From the NCBI RefSeq assembly GCF_009914755.1, contig NC_060947.1: 64,000 nt of DNA; one strand, written 5' to 3'. Shown here piece after piece: positions 1 to 19,390 of the stretch. Position 1 is the stretch's first letter, and the number at the start of each line of letters is the position of its first letter. The stretch comes from the human T2T-CHM13v2.0 reference genome, Homo sapiens. A program made the translations under genes and the position numbers. The notes under the pieces are model-generated. The model was not told where the DNA came from. It saw only the letters and a list, made by a program, of their open reading frames with translations, and ran no database searches.

Positions 1-777
1 TATAAATATGCATTGGGTATATTTTATATCAATAGATTGCTATAAATAAGTATATTTTATTAATATAAACATATGATTTTTATATTTTTATATAAATAAT
101 AAAGTTATATATAGTGTATATGTAAAATACACTTTTATTTGTAATACATAATTTTGTAGATTAAATTTAATATATTAAGCAAAAATATGTGTAACATATA
201 CATAACATATAACATATTTATATAACATATAACTTAATGTAAATAAGTATATAATAAAATTGATATTATATTTGTTAATACATAATTATGTATATATACT
301 ATGTAAAAATAAAATTATATATTGTATATGCATAATTATATTTCTATAAATACAATTACATACCACATATAATTATGTATAAAATAATTGTATATAAAAT
401 TATATAATAAATTTTGAAACTTTATAAATTATTATACATAGTATTTTATTGTATTAAATTTAGAAATGTGTTATATATAATAAAACCTTATATAATAAAT
501 GTAGATTATATAAAATTTTATTTATAATAAATTACCTTATGTATAATCATATGAGAAAATAATTACATATAACATTGTATTACAATAAATTTAGAAATGT
601 TATACATTATTATATATAAAATTTCATTATATTAAATTTAGAAATATATATAGTAAAATGGTATATTAAAATTTTTATGTAACATTTTATTATACATGTG
701 TAATTTTATATGTTTTGTAATATGTAGAATATAAGTACAAAAATATTTATATACAGCTACGTGTAATATAAATACAT
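1..777. repeat. AT-rich low-complexity (TA-rich) tract
   Basis: Almost entirely A/T with degenerate TATA/ATAAT repeats. Confidence 0.9.
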
Positions 778-785
778 CAGTGTAA

Positions 786-1073
<288 letters not shown>

Positions 1074-1454
1074 CAGTGTAAGATACTAGCTATTAAAAAA
1101 TAAATAAATAAATAAATATATATATATATATATAGCAACAGCTGATTTGTCTGGAAGACTTTGGTCAGAAGACAGTGTATGAAGAAGACAGTGAGTCCCT
1201 AGAGGAATATAAGAATATACATCATGTTAATATATTATATATAACATAAACAGCTAATTATATCTGTATGTATAGTATAAACATAAAGTACAAAAATATT
1301 TGTATATAACTATAATATAAATATATGTGTAAGATATTAGCTATTAAAATATACATATGTGTGTATGTATGTGTATATGTGTATATATAATATATACATA
1401 TATAGCATATATAATATATAATATATAGCATAATATAAAATAATATATTGTATT

Positions 1455-1575
1455 ATATATAAGACATAATATAATATATATTATATATAAGACATAATAT
1501 AATATATATTATATATAAGACATAATATAATATATATTATATATAAGACATAATATAATATATATTATATATAAT
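1455..1575. repeat. 28-bp AT-rich minisatellite, ~4 copies
   Basis: Repeated ATATAAGACATAATATAATATATATTAT. Confidence 0.85.
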
Positions 1576-2346
1576 AAAATATATAGCATATATATTTGCT
1601 ATATATATATAGTATATATATAGCAACAGCTGATTTGTCTGGAAGACTTTGGTCAGAAGACACTGTATTAAGAAGACAGTGAGTCCCCAGAGGAATATAA
1701 GAATATACATCATGTTAATATATTATATATAACATAAACAGCTAATTACATCTGTACATATAGCATAAACATAAAGTACAAAAATATTTATAACTATATA
1801 TAATATAAATATATCAGTGTAAGATATTAGCTATTAAAAAATATGTGTACATAAATAGCAACTGGTGATTTGTCTGGAAGACTCTGTTCAGAAGACAGTG
1901 TATTAGGAAGACAGGCAGTCCCCTCAGGAAGCGTGGGGCAGGTGGGATCTGGAGGTGACTCTGGGCTGCCAGAAGATGCCCCACTGCTTTGGGGCAGACA
2001 CAGGTGGAGAGGTCCTCTCTGTAGCTTCAGCGTGGACACTGTGTGTGTCTTGTTGTGGGAGCACTTCTTTGTGCTTCCCTCTCCACTGTGACCCCGTCAC
2101 ATTCACTGACCTGTCCTCCTCCTTCCTCTCGCTCTCCGGGGCCCCTGTGCAAAGAGGGTCTTCCCCCCGAGCAGCAGGAACCCCCTAGACCCTCCCCATG
2201 CTCCTGGGTTCTGAACCTCAGGTACATGAGATCCTACCTGACCGGGCACAGGCTCTGTTCACCCTCAGGAACCCCTGTCCTCCCAGGCCACCGTGGACTG
2301 GAGAACTGGCCTCCTGAAAATCCAGAGAGAACTTAGCACCGACAAC

Positions 2347-2645
2347 TTCTTTTTTCCTTTTTCTTTTCTTTTTTTTTTTTTTTGAGACAGGATCTTGCTC
2401 CGTCCCCCAGGCTGGAGTGCAACGGCATGATCTCAGCTCACTGCAACCTCCTCCTCCCACATTCAAGCAGTTCATCCTGCCTCTGTCTCCCGAGTATCTG
2501 GGATCACAGGCCTCCACCCCCACGGCCAACTAATTTCTGTGTTTTTAGTAGAGACGGGGTTTCACCATGTTGGCCAGGCTGGTCTCGAACTCTTGACCCC
2601 AAGTGATCCACCCGCCTCGGCCTCCCAAAGCACCGGGATGACACA
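2347..2645 (-). mobile_element. Alu
   Basis: T-rich tail followed by antisense Alu right and left arms. Confidence 0.93.
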
Positions 2646-3069
2646 TATTAGCATGACGTATATTCTTCTGTTCCTCCGGGGACTCACTGTCTTCTTGGGC
2701 CAGTGAACCACCGTGCCCTGCCTTCTCTGTCCACATCTACACACGTGTAAATCTCTGTAGATTCTGAATTGTTTTTCCTTTTGCACAGAATGAGAGGAAC
2801 TGAAGTCGGGAGGCCCAGCCCCAACATGGTCCCTCTGGCTCTGTGCTCAGGCGGTTTATGGCTGAGAAGGACTTGGGGGTTGAGGGCTTCCTATCAGCCC
2901 AGGAGACATTCCCCGGGCCTGGGGAAGCCTGCTCTGCACTTGTGGGTCTCGAATTGTCTGTTGCATTTACCTGCCTTATTATTTTTTCTTCCTGTCTCTC
3001 TTCTTACATATTTCTCTCGAATTTGGGGCTTGTTTTTCTTAACTACAATCAACGTGAATCATTATTGCA

Positions 3070-4375
3070 TTATATAAATATAAATTTTATATTGAATAGA
3101 CATTATATGCTCAATCTAGTACACATTCCAACACAGGCCATATCTAAGAGGCATATTTATATTTAATGTACAAAACATGTTTACATTTCGTATGGAAAAT
3201 ATACATTTATATTTAACATATATGTGTATATTTAATACAGGGAATATATATTTATATTTAATATAGAAAATATATATTATATTTGACATATAAAAATATA
3301 TGTTTATATTTAATATGGGAAATATATGTTTATGTTTAATATACAAAATACATGTTGATATTTAAAATAGAAAATGTATAGTTATATTTGCTATGCAAAA
3401 TACATGTTTATATTTAATATAGAAAATATGTTTATATTTAACGTAGAGAATATATATTTATATTTAATATGGAAAATATATATTTATATTTAACATATAT
3501 AGTATTTATATTTAATGTATAAAATATGTTTACATTTAATGTGCGGAATATATGCTTATATTTAATGTCTAAAATACATGTTTATATTTAATGTATTGTA
3601 AACATTAAATGTACCAAACGTATTCTTATATTTAATGTATAAAAGATGTTTATATTTAATATATAAGATATGTTTACATTTAATGGATAAAATGTTTATG
3701 TTTGATGTATAAAAGATGTTTATATTTAATGTATACAATGTTTATATTTAATGTACCAAATATATTATTATATTTAATGTCCAAAATGTATTTATATATA
3801 ATATGTAAGGTATGTTTATATTTTATATGAAAGATATGTTTACATTTAACGTATAAAATGTTTATGTTTAATGTATACAACATGTTTATATTAAATGTAT
3901 ACGATGTTTTTATTTAATGTACCAAATGTATTATATTTAATGTATAAAAGACGTTTATATTTAACATATAAGTTTATATATACTTTATATATTATATATT
4001 ATATATACGTTATATATTGTATAATATATAAAATATATAAAAATAAGTTATATTTAATATATAAGATATGTTTATATTTAATGTATATGTTTATGTTTAA
4101 TATATAAAAGATGTTTATATTTAATGTATAAAAACATGTTTAATGTATAAATTATATTTATATTTAATGTATATTTTTATATTTAATGAATACATATATT
4201 TGTATTAATATATGAAATGTATATTCATACTTAGTATGTAAATATACACTCATTTAATAGACAAAATGTATATCTGTATTTAGTATATAAAATGTATATT
4301 TGAGTTTAATAGATAAATGCATGTTCATATTAATATGTAAATATATGTCCATGTTTATAAAAATATATATATTTA
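3070..4375. repeat. Degenerate AT-rich minisatellite (~24-bp unit ATGTTTATATTTAATGTATAAAA-like)
   Basis: TGTTTATATTTAAT recurs dozens of times. Confidence 0.85.
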
Positions 4376-5340
4376 CATGCTCCTTGTCTCCTTTTCTAGA
4401 TCAAGATCTTACAGTAATAGCAAAAAAAAATAAAATCCGTTTATTTTGTAACAAAACACCTTGGGCTTCCCACAGCCTGGACCAACATGATTTTATTTTA
4501 GAGCAAAGAGTGAGGTGTAAGCAGGTTTTCTGGCCCCATCGGGCGACATGTGTGGCTGGGGCAGCGCTGTGTAGGGAAGGACACAGCCAGTGGACCCTCT
4601 AGAGTTTCCCTGCATGGGGTTTCTCTCTCTTCCTCTTACAAGAAACACTTTCTGAATTTTTAGGACACCCAGTCATGAATGCAAGAAACCTGAGATGGAG
4701 TCAGCCTGGGAACAGCCGAGCTCTGAGACGGTCACATCAAGCTGTTCCCACCGTAAAACTCACTCCTGACGTCCACCTCTCCTGGGATGAAAGTGGCCAG
4801 CAGCCTCGGCCTGGCCTAGGACTCCAGAGCCCCGGGTAGTGGTGGCTGGGGTGACTGACAGGGCCTGTCTGCTCCAGCTGCCTCCCTGTCCCTGAGTCTG
4901 TCCAGCCAAGGGTCACCCTGCAATGCAGGACCTCAGTGATTCTGCACATAGGGGTCACTTTGCTCACATTCTCAAAGATAAAAATGAACCCAGTTTCAAA
5001 ATCAAAAACAAAAACCAGTTGTCTGTGTAATACTCTTGCAGCAGAGCTGGTGCCCTTTCCTGCGTCTATAATTTGTAGCCTTAAGGTTGTAAAAGTCTAC
5101 ACTGGAAGCAAACACAAGCTCCTTCTGAACACCACCAAGAGCTCCCCTCTGGAAGCCTGGCCTCCAAAACGCCGTCTGCTTCCTCTTTTTTCTTTTTTTT
5201 GGAGAGAGTTTCAGTATTTTAAGGATCTCATTTGCTTTTGGGGAATTGCTTCCTGAGAATAAGCGCCTCCCACCCCACCCAACTACCCATCTCTGAACCA
5301 TTTATTCGTTTCTCTGTCTGAGCAACCAAAGCTTTCCTAA

Positions 5341-6904
<1,564 letters not shown>

Positions 6905-6949
6905 TTAAAGTACCCTGCAAACGGGCATTTGCAGAGGGGCACGGGAGAG

Positions 6950-7760
6950 GCTACCGGCGAATTAAGAGCTGCAGAGACGAGGGTCTGTGGCCATCACCTT
7001 TGCAGCTGCAGGAGAGAGGAGGTGATTAGGGAAGCTCCGTGTTCCCCTCTGAGCCTGGCAGGTGCGTTGTCCCCACCCTGCCCCCAGCACCGCACAGTTC
7101 ATTGCAATGCAGGCCCTGCTTTTGGGTTTAGCAAAGGTAACTTCCCCTGGCACCCCCAGGCTTCTGCTTCCAGCACAGCGACTGCGACGTTGTGTTTGCA
7201 CCTCGGTCCTCATACAGAATTCACCCACCTTGCACTCAATCTTCCTCTCCCGGCGGTACCATTAATATTTTAATTTCATCAGAATTTCTGGAACTGGCTT
7301 GCCATCCTGAGCAACCTAGTTACCTGTCAGCCCCTATCAGCTTGTCATATTAGAGGGGATTGTCCTAGGAACCTAATCTGCTTTAAATGATTTTCGTGGG
7401 GTGTTGGTCTATAAATCATCTCGAGGCAGGCCTGACAACGCGAAGGTTTTGGTGGATAAACAAACCACACTTGTTTTATTTTCGGCAGGCACAGACTTTG
7501 CTTTATCAACTTCTTATTGATTTCCGTGCTCCAAGAGGTCAAAAAAATGTTTTTGCTTCTCCTTTACATACAAAAACATTATTCATAGCAGAGCTGTGGG
7601 CAGAGGCAACTCTCATTAAGATAAGTTCCAAGATTCGCAGGCGAGGTGGCTGGTGGGAGAAACGACACACACCTGTTTCAGCCAAGCCCTTGGTGGAGTT
7701 TGGAGTTTCCAAAACGTTGACTCTTCCTCTTTCTGGTCAAAATAGAAATTATATGGATAT
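6950..7760. promoter_or_regulatory. Candidate conserved developmental enhancer (SHOX CNE-like)
   Basis: Repeat-free, CpG-retaining ~800 bp; MEIS CTGTCA 7324-7329; PBX-HOX9 ATAAATCA (rc TGATTTAT) 7411-7418; FOX-like TAAACAAA 7457-7464. Conservation not tested. Confidence 0.55.
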
Positions 7761-7810
7761 TAAGGAGCCCCAAGTCTCTGCAGGGATATGGAGGAACCCT
7801 GGACATACAA

Positions 7811-7812
<2 letters not shown>

Positions 7813-7846
<34 letters not shown>
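7813..7846. repeat. (CA)n microsatellite
   Basis: Direct reading. Confidence 0.97.
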
Positions 7847-7848
<2 letters not shown>

Positions 7849-8053
7849 GCACCCACACTCACCACCCCATGCCAAGAAGATACACAGAAAACTCACTCAC
7901 CTTTCACTCAAGTTTGCAAATTTGGAACTGACTTAATGAAGGAAAGAAAAGTTGCAGCTACAAAGTAACACAGAGCCAATGAAAAGACAAAAACCACCAT
8001 TAGATTTTCTTCTTTTCTACAGTTTTATTTTATGTTTAACAATTATCGTTTGG

Positions 8054-8346
<293 letters not shown>

Positions 8347-8386
8347 TCTCCATAATGATTGTACACATTTATGACATATAATATAA

Positions 8387-8953
<567 letters not shown>

Positions 8954-9167
8954 AACAAAATCCTCTCTTTGGACTATTTTGTAATATACAATATATTCTT
9001 GTTAAGTATTGTCACCCTGCAGAGAATTAAAACAACAGAATTTAGTCCTATTTAGTCGTAACTTTGTACACATGGACCAACCTCTCTCCATCCCTTCTTT
9101 CTCTCTCCCTTCCCCAGCTTATGGTAATCACCACTGTGCTGTCTATTCCTAGGAGATCAACTCTTTT

Positions 9168-9485
<318 letters not shown>

Positions 9486-9832
9486 TAGCTTCCACATGGG
9501 AGTGAGAACTGGCTGCATTTGTCTTATTTCACTTCTGGGTATGCATCCGCAGAAAATAAAACCAGTATATCAAAAAAAAAGGGGGGAGGTCTGCACCCCC
9601 ATGTTCATTGCAAGGCTATTCACGAGAGCCAACATGTAGAATTAACCTAAGTATCAGTGGGGGATGGATAAAGAAAATGTGGTACACACACACCATGGAA
9701 TACTATTCAGCCATCAAAAAGGAAGAAGTCTCACCACTTTGCAACAACTTAACGTTAAGGGAAATGAGCCAGCACGAGGTTTTCTTTGGTGTTTGAACTC
9801 AAAGCAGGATGGTTGTTGTGCGCATAACATGA

Positions 9833-10181
<349 letters not shown>

Positions 10182-10260
10182 TGAAACAGGACAATACCAG
10201 TGCAGTGATGCATGATGATTTGATTCTGGAATTGCTGCTTTGAACGTGTAAGAGTCATAA

Positions 10261-10624
<364 letters not shown>

Positions 10625-10700
10625 TGAGTGTACCAAATATTCAATTACCATAGCCACGCTGTGACTGACTGTTGTCCAAAGGACCAGGTGCTCAGCCCGA

Positions 10701-10716
10701 TGACCTATGCTGAACT
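10701..10716 (-). promoter_or_regulatory. Consensus DR4 nuclear-receptor element (AGTTCA-n4-AGGTCA)
   Basis: TGACCT ATGC TGAACT on + strand, in non-repeat DNA. Confidence 0.4.
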
Positions 10717-10884
10717 TTCTCTAAAAAATGTTACTCCCAATTTCACATCAGTGTGATTTTTCACTCTTGACAGTAAAATGAAACAGCGTTGTTGACCTAA
10801 AATTCCAACCATAGGATCATTGACGTGTTAAAGATATTTTATAGTAAAAGTAATTCCTAGGTTCTGTGATCGTGTAAAAATGGC

Positions 10885-11462
10885 TTTCTCTCTCTCTCTC
10901 CCTCTTTATACTCTCTTCTTTCTTTTCTTTCTCCTTCCTCTTTCTCTTTCATTCATTCTTTTTCTTTCTGTCTCTTTCTTCCTTTCTTCCCTCCCTACTT
11001 TCTTTCCCTCCCTACCTCTCCCTTCCTTCTTTCTTTCCTTCTTTCTTTCCTTCTTTCCTTCCTTCCCTCCCTCCTTCCTTCCCTCCTTCCTTCCATCTTT
11101 CCTCATTTTCCTCTCCTCCCTCCCTCCCTCCCTTCCTTCCTTCCTCCTTTCTCCATTCCCTCTCTCTCTCCCTTCCTTTCTTTCCTTCCTTCCTTTCTAT
11201 CTTCCTCCTTTCTTTTTTGTTCCTTTCTTTCTCTGTCTTCTTCTCCTCTCTTTCTTCCTTTCTCTTTCTCTCTTCTTTTTTCTTTTTCTATCCCTCCCTC
11301 CCTCCTTTCCTTCCTTCCTTCCCTTCCTTTCTCTTCCTTCTTTCTTTCTTTCCTCTTTCTTTCTTTTCCTTTCTTCTCTTTCTTTCCTTCTTTCTTCTTT
11401 TCCTTCCTTTCTTCCTTCCTTCCTCTGTCCCTCCCTCCTTTTCTTCCTTTCTTTCTCTCTTT
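10885..11462. repeat. CT-rich pyrimidine tract
   Basis: (CTTC)/(TTTC)/(CT) mosaic. Confidence 0.95.
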
Positions 11463-11705
11463 CACAGGATCTCACTCTGTCATTCAGACCAGAGTGTAGT
11501 GGTGCAAACACAGCTCACTGCAGCCTCAAACTCCCAGGCTCAAGGAAACCTTCCACCTCAGACTCCAGAGTAGCTGGGGCCACAGACACACGCCACCATG
11601 CCCCACTACTTTTTTTCCAGTTTTTGTAGAAATGGGGTCTCACTTTGTAGCTCAGGCTGGTGTCGAATTCCTGGCCTCAAGCAATCCTCCTGCCTCAACC
11701 TCCTA
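11463..11705 (-). mobile_element. Old Alu (AluJ-like)
   Basis: CACAGCTCACTGCAGCCTCAAACTCCCAGGCTCAAG. Confidence 0.88.
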
Positions 11706-12091
11706 GAGTGGTGCAAATCTTCACAGAGTCCAGCCGCATCTTTCAGGAATGCATTTCTGTTGGACTTGCCGTGCGTTTAACTGACAGTGAAACAGGATGT
11801 ACTCAAACAAAAGTTCAATGACTGCCCAACAAAAACATCCCATATTTTAAAGTGTTTTTAAAAAATCAGGCTGATGGGGGTTGGGGGCACCTGCTTGTGT
11901 AAGAGGAAGCACATGTGAGTTTTGTAAACTCTGGATTTTGAAAACATCATCCATGACCCTTTTGCATTTTGGATTAAGGTTTTCTCTGGCTGATAATTGA
12001 CTATCATTTCTGAATCCCCAAAAATAAATGTTATACATTTTAGCTGGGGTGGGTAAAATGGACAGAGTCAAAGCTCTTAAAAAGTGACTTT

Positions 12092-12667
12092 TTCAAGGAT
12101 CTAGAACCAGAAATGCCATTTGACCCAGCAATCCCATTACTGGGTATATACCCAAAGGATTATAAATCATTCTACTATAAAGACACATGCACACGTATGT
12201 TTATTGCGGCACTATTCACAATATTAAAGACTTGGAACCAACCCAAATGCCCATCAATGATAGACTGGATAAAGAAAATGTGGCACATAGACACCATGGA
12301 ATACTATGCAGCCATCAAAAAGGATGAGTTCATGTCCTTCATGGGGACAGGGATGAAGCTGGAAACCATCATTCTCAGCAAACTCACACAGGAACAGAAA
12401 ACCAAACACTGCATGTTCTCACTCATCAGTGGAAGTTGAACAATGAGAACACATGGACACAGGGAGGGGAACATCACACACCAGGGCCTGTCGGGGGGTG
12501 GGGGAGCTAGGGGAGGGATTGCATTAGGACAAATACCTAATGTAGATGACGGGTCAATGGGTGCAGCAAACCACCATGGCACGTGTATACCTATGTAACA
12601 AACCTGCACGTTCTGCACATGTATCTCACACAACTTAAAGTATAATAATAATAATAATAATAATAAT
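12092..12667 (+). mobile_element. 5'-truncated L1PA (about PA7/8-like): ORF2p C-terminus plus 3'UTR and (TAA)n tail
   Basis: ORF 12113-12439 translates to L1 ORF2p end (PFDPAIPLLGIYPK...[24 protein letters not shown]); TSD AAAGTGACTTT at 12081-12091 and 12668-12678. Confidence 0.95.
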
Positions 12668-13854
12668 AAAGTGACTTTGCAGTTCTCCAAGACAGGCAAG
12701 ATTTCCACTGTAGAAACATTTCAAGAAACAGTGTGAGCCGTTTTAAACAGACGCTGTCACATCCAGGCAGTTATTCATCCCGCTGACTCTCAGATTACTG
12801 ACCAGGGTACACGTGGTCGTATTACTGTGGCAGAAATCACTGGATGATATTATAGCTCACCATAGAATTCGAAACCTATTTTTTAATGCAATTTTTAAAT
12901 ACAGGCATTTGAGATAAATGTCCTTGAGTATTCTTCTGACATCTTAAAGCAGTTCCTTTCCAAATCCCTTGTGGCGTTGAGAAATGAGCTTGTAGGAAAA
13001 ACGCTTAATTCTTTTTCCTGATTCATAGCGATCAATGTTGAAATCAATCAAGTGGGGTCACATCCGCCTTTCCAAATAATAGTCCAAAGTTTTCAAATTA
13101 AAAAAAAAAAAGCATTATGAGTTATATGAATTGGAGTAGACAGAACTGGATTTCTTTTTTTTTTTTTTTCACTAGGCTTGTTTTAGGAATTATAACTTTA
13201 CGATGTTCTGTAAGTTGCATGTCTGCTTTTTGAATGGCCCCTGTGGTTTTTGGAGTTCCTCTCCATGCCTGTACAAATCTCTCTGCCTCCCGAGGGGTCT
13301 CCAAAGTGGAAGATTACAGGCCACTGAGTCATGGCCGGATCCTTTTCAGGATGACAAAGCAATGCAGGCTTGGATTACAGAAGCCAGACGTGTTGCATAT
13401 TAATCTACCTTCTACCCAGGAAAAGCAAAAACTGGAGGGAGAGTAAGAGCAATTAATTTAGAAGTGGCCGTGGGGAAGGCTCTTAGAGTCTAGATGAGAG
13501 AAGAGAGTCGGTTATTTACTCACAATATGGAGTTTTATTTTATTTTTATTCCCAGGGTTCTATCGGCATGAATTTCTCAGAAAAACGAAAACGAAAACAC
13601 AAAACAAACAAACAAAAACCTTGAAGCCACAATGGCTGATAATTCATAAAATAATTATTCCATATAAGTCTCAGGCTGCATTTATATTTGAATTATAATT
13701 GGGATGAGAGGCAGGAAGTGCATAGGAATGACTTGTTACCACGAGCCCGCGCTCTGGAATGCAAAGCTGTAATTTTTAACGATGAAATGGCAGATATCTA
13801 CACAGATCAGTGGAAAATACCTTAATTTTCCATAAATTTTCCTTCATGGTCCCC

Positions 13855-15102
13855 ATGGGACCCGTAAGGTCTTCAACTGTGCTTGGGTGGTTTTTCTTTG
13901 GAGGAACACAGAGTTTCATCTTCTGGTGTATCCAAAGTCTCACATATGTTGCTGGCTCCCAGCAAGATGGGAAAAGAAGAAAAGAAAAAAAAAGAAAAGA
14001 AAAGAGAAGAGAAGAGAAGAGAAGAGAAGAGAAGAGAGGAGAAGAGAAGAAGAGAAGAGAAGAGAAGGGAGGGGAAGGGAAGAGAAGGAAGGGAAGGGAA
14101 GGAAAGGGAAGGGAAGGGAAGGGAAAGGAAGAAAAGAAAAGAATGAAGAAAAAGAAAAGAAAAGAAGATAAAAGAAAAGACACGAAAAGAAAAGAAAGGG
14201 AAGAGAAAGGAAGAAAAGAAAAGAAATTTTACATTGATTTATTTATGGAAAATTAAATTTGTGGTCATGGGGCAACGTGTGGTGGACTGGAATATAGGCT
14301 CCCAAGAATCAGGGTGGGCATCAGAAAACAGAGCCGGGTGTGTGGAAGGCAGGAATAGCAACTCCTTCGGATTCCTGGTGGTTGCTATGCACGGTGACTT
14401 TCTTCATCTTGAAAATAATAGCGGCATTGCGTATCGTCTCACACATACAGCACTAAATAATGAGGTAAAGAGTCTAATTCGCCCCCACATACCTCAGTCG
14501 CTGCAAGCCACACTCTAAGAAATGGTGGAGATGGTGTGCGTCTTACTGATGTAGATTTTGGGGTGGGCTCTCCAGTTTGGGAGACCAGGGTGACCTCCAT
14601 GATCTCCTACTTCCCCAAGGCAGGTGTAGCACAAAACAAACACAGCTTACTCTACCCCTGATTGGGGAAAATCTCCTAAAAAAAATCCCGTCCTATCACT
14701 GTTCTTCTGTAACCCCATAACTCCTTCACCTCCCCACCTTGGGACCCACAAAGTCTCCAACTCTGTTTGGGTGGTTTTTGTTTGAGGGAACACAGAGTTT
14801 CATCTCTTGGTGTAACCAAAGTCTCACATATGTTGCTGGCTACCAGCAAGAGGAAAAGAGAAGAAAAGAAAAAAGGGAAGGGAAGAGAAGAAAACAAAAG
14901 GAAGGGAAGGGAAGAGAAGAAAACAAAAGGAAGGGAAGGGAAGGGAAGGAAGAGAAAAGAAGGGAAGGCAAAAGAAGGGAAGGGAAGAGAAGGGAAGGGA
15001 AGGGAAAGGAAGGGAAGGGAGAAAAGAAAAGAAGAAAAGAAAAAAAGAAGAAGAGGAGATAAAAGAAAAGAAAAAGAAAAGAAAAGAAATTTTACATTGA
15101 TT
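13855..15102. repeat. Diverged direct duplication (~13855-14240 and ~14739-15102), each copy containing a purine tract
   Basis: GGAACACAGAGTTTCATC..CCAAAGTCTCACATATGTTGCTGGCT..CCAGCAAGA and closing AAGAAATTTTACATTGATTT in both copies. Confidence 0.9.
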
Positions 15103-15254
15103 TTTTTTTAAAGGAAGTGAATGAAATATTGAATTTTTTTTCCCCCTCCATGGTCAACCCCCAGGAAGTCTTCCCTGTTTCTATCTCTTTACCTCCTTTG
15201 ATAAATGTGGGGACAAATTATTCATTGGATTCTCCCCTGCTCTACTCCTGTCTT

Positions 15255-16725
<1,471 letters not shown>

Positions 16726-16860
16726 TTTTTTGTATTTTTAGTAGAGACGGGGTTTCACCATGTTGGCCAGGCTGGTCTCCAACTCCTGACCTCAGGGGAT
16801 GTGCCCGCCTCAGCTTCCCAAGGTGCTGGGATGACAGGCGTGAGTCACCGCGCCGGGTCC
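16726..16860 (-). mobile_element. Alu left-arm fragment
   Basis: TTTTTGTATTTTTAGTAGAGACGGGG..GCGTGAGTCACCGCGCC. Confidence 0.9.
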
Positions 16861-17050
16861 CACAGCCTTTCTTTTGCTAGCAATTCTGAAGTAGCCCCTC
16901 CGTGAGTCCAGGGTCTAACCCGCAGCTCTAGGTCTGCAAGACTTTGTCCTTGGTTCTGGGGAAGGGGAATTTATTTCTGTATTTCCTCCCCCCACCCCCC
17001 GCCATCCTCCAGCTTTACTGAGGTCTGATTATTTACAAATTACATAGATT

Positions 17051-17683
<633 letters not shown>

Positions 17684-17739
17684 AATACCAATCTTGCTTC
17701 AACCCACTTTCCCCCTTGGTTGGTCCGAGGTGCAAACAC

Positions 17740-19390
17740 AGATCCATACACAACACAGACACTCAAGACACACACACACACCTTTAGACAACGTACATGT
17801 ATAGACACAACACAGCACGCTCAACAGACACACGCACGCATACACAACACACAGTCAACAGACACAAACATATCATACACATACAACACACACTCAAGAC
17901 ACAACGGCTGTACACGACACACATATATATAAATAATGCCACACACGATCAACACACACACACAACATACACTCAAGACACATCTACATAGAACACACGT
18001 GTATATACACAACAGACACACACACACAACACACAGTCAAGAAGCAACATCTATACACAACACACATGTATATACACAATACCACACATGCTTAACAGAC
18101 ACACCCACAAGACACACTGAAGACACAACATCTATACACAACACATATGTGTATACACAATGCCACACACAATCAACAGACACACACACAACACAGTCAA
18201 GACACATCTATAGAGAACACACGTATACACACAACAGACACACACAAACACACAATCAAGAAATAACATCTATCCACAACACCCATGTATATACACAATA
18301 CCACACATGCTTAACAGACACACACGCAAGACACAACATCTATACAGAACACACATGTATATACACAATACCACACACGGGATCAACAGACACTAATACG
18401 CAACACACATTCAACAGACAAATGCACAAACACATCATATATAGAAGACACACACATCTATACACAACACAACACACTGAACAGACACAGAAACAACAGA
18501 CACACACACAACATAACATGCTCAACAGACACACAACACACAAGAGACACGCACAAACACATCATATATACAAGACACACACATCTATACACAACACAAC
18601 ACACTCAACAGACACACACATACACAACACACAACAGACACACACACAACACGCTCAACAGACACACAACACACAAGAGACACACACACAAAGACATCAT
18701 ATATACAAGACACACACATCTATACACAACACAACACACTCAACAGACACACACATACACAACACACAACAGACACACACACAACACGCTCAACAGACAC
18801 ACAACACACAGACACACGCACAAACACATCATATATACAAGACACACACATCTATACACAACACAATCAACAGACACACACATACACAACACACAACAGA
18901 CACACAACACGCTCAACACACACAACACACAAGAGACACGCACAAACACATCATATATACAAGACACACACATCTATACACAACACAACACACTCAACAG
19001 ACACACACATACACAACACACAACAGACACACACACAACACGCTCAACAGACACACAACACACAAGAGACACACGCACAAACACATCATATATACAAGAC
19101 ACACACATCTATACACAACACACTCAACAGACACACACATACACAACACACAACAGACACACAACACGCTCAACACACACAACACAGAAGAGACACACGC
19201 ACAAACATCATATATACAAGACACACACATCTATACACAACACAACACACTCAACAGACACACACATACACAACACACAACAGACACACACACAACACGC
19301 TCAACAGACACACAACACACAAGAGACACACGCACAAACACATCATAAACACAACACACGCACTCAAGACACACATGGACACACAACACA
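17740..19390. repeat. CA-rich minisatellite with ~122-135-bp higher-order unit in its right half
   Basis: ATCATATATA.AAGAC at ~18434, 18561, 18696, 18828, 18950, 19085, 19207. Confidence 0.92.

Noticed and set aside
2770-2800. Splice-acceptor-like TTTTTCCTTTTGCACAG followed by ATG
   Set aside because: Isolated signal with no convincing donor or exon chain; cannot be supported without transcript data.
1860-3060. Possible old LTR flanking the Alu at 2347
   Set aside because: Composition is LTR-like but I cannot identify termini or family.
7387-7968. 193-aa ORF over the unique island
   Set aside because: No recognisable domain, runs through (CA)n; the motif content fits an enhancer better.
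12113-12439. 108-aa ORF with real protein similarity
   Set aside because: C-terminal end of L1 ORF2p in a ~580-bp 5'-truncated insertion; not a host gene.
17936-19348. 470-aa His/Thr/Gln-rich ORF
   Set aside because: Translation of a T-poor CA minisatellite that lacks stop codons by composition; no gene context.
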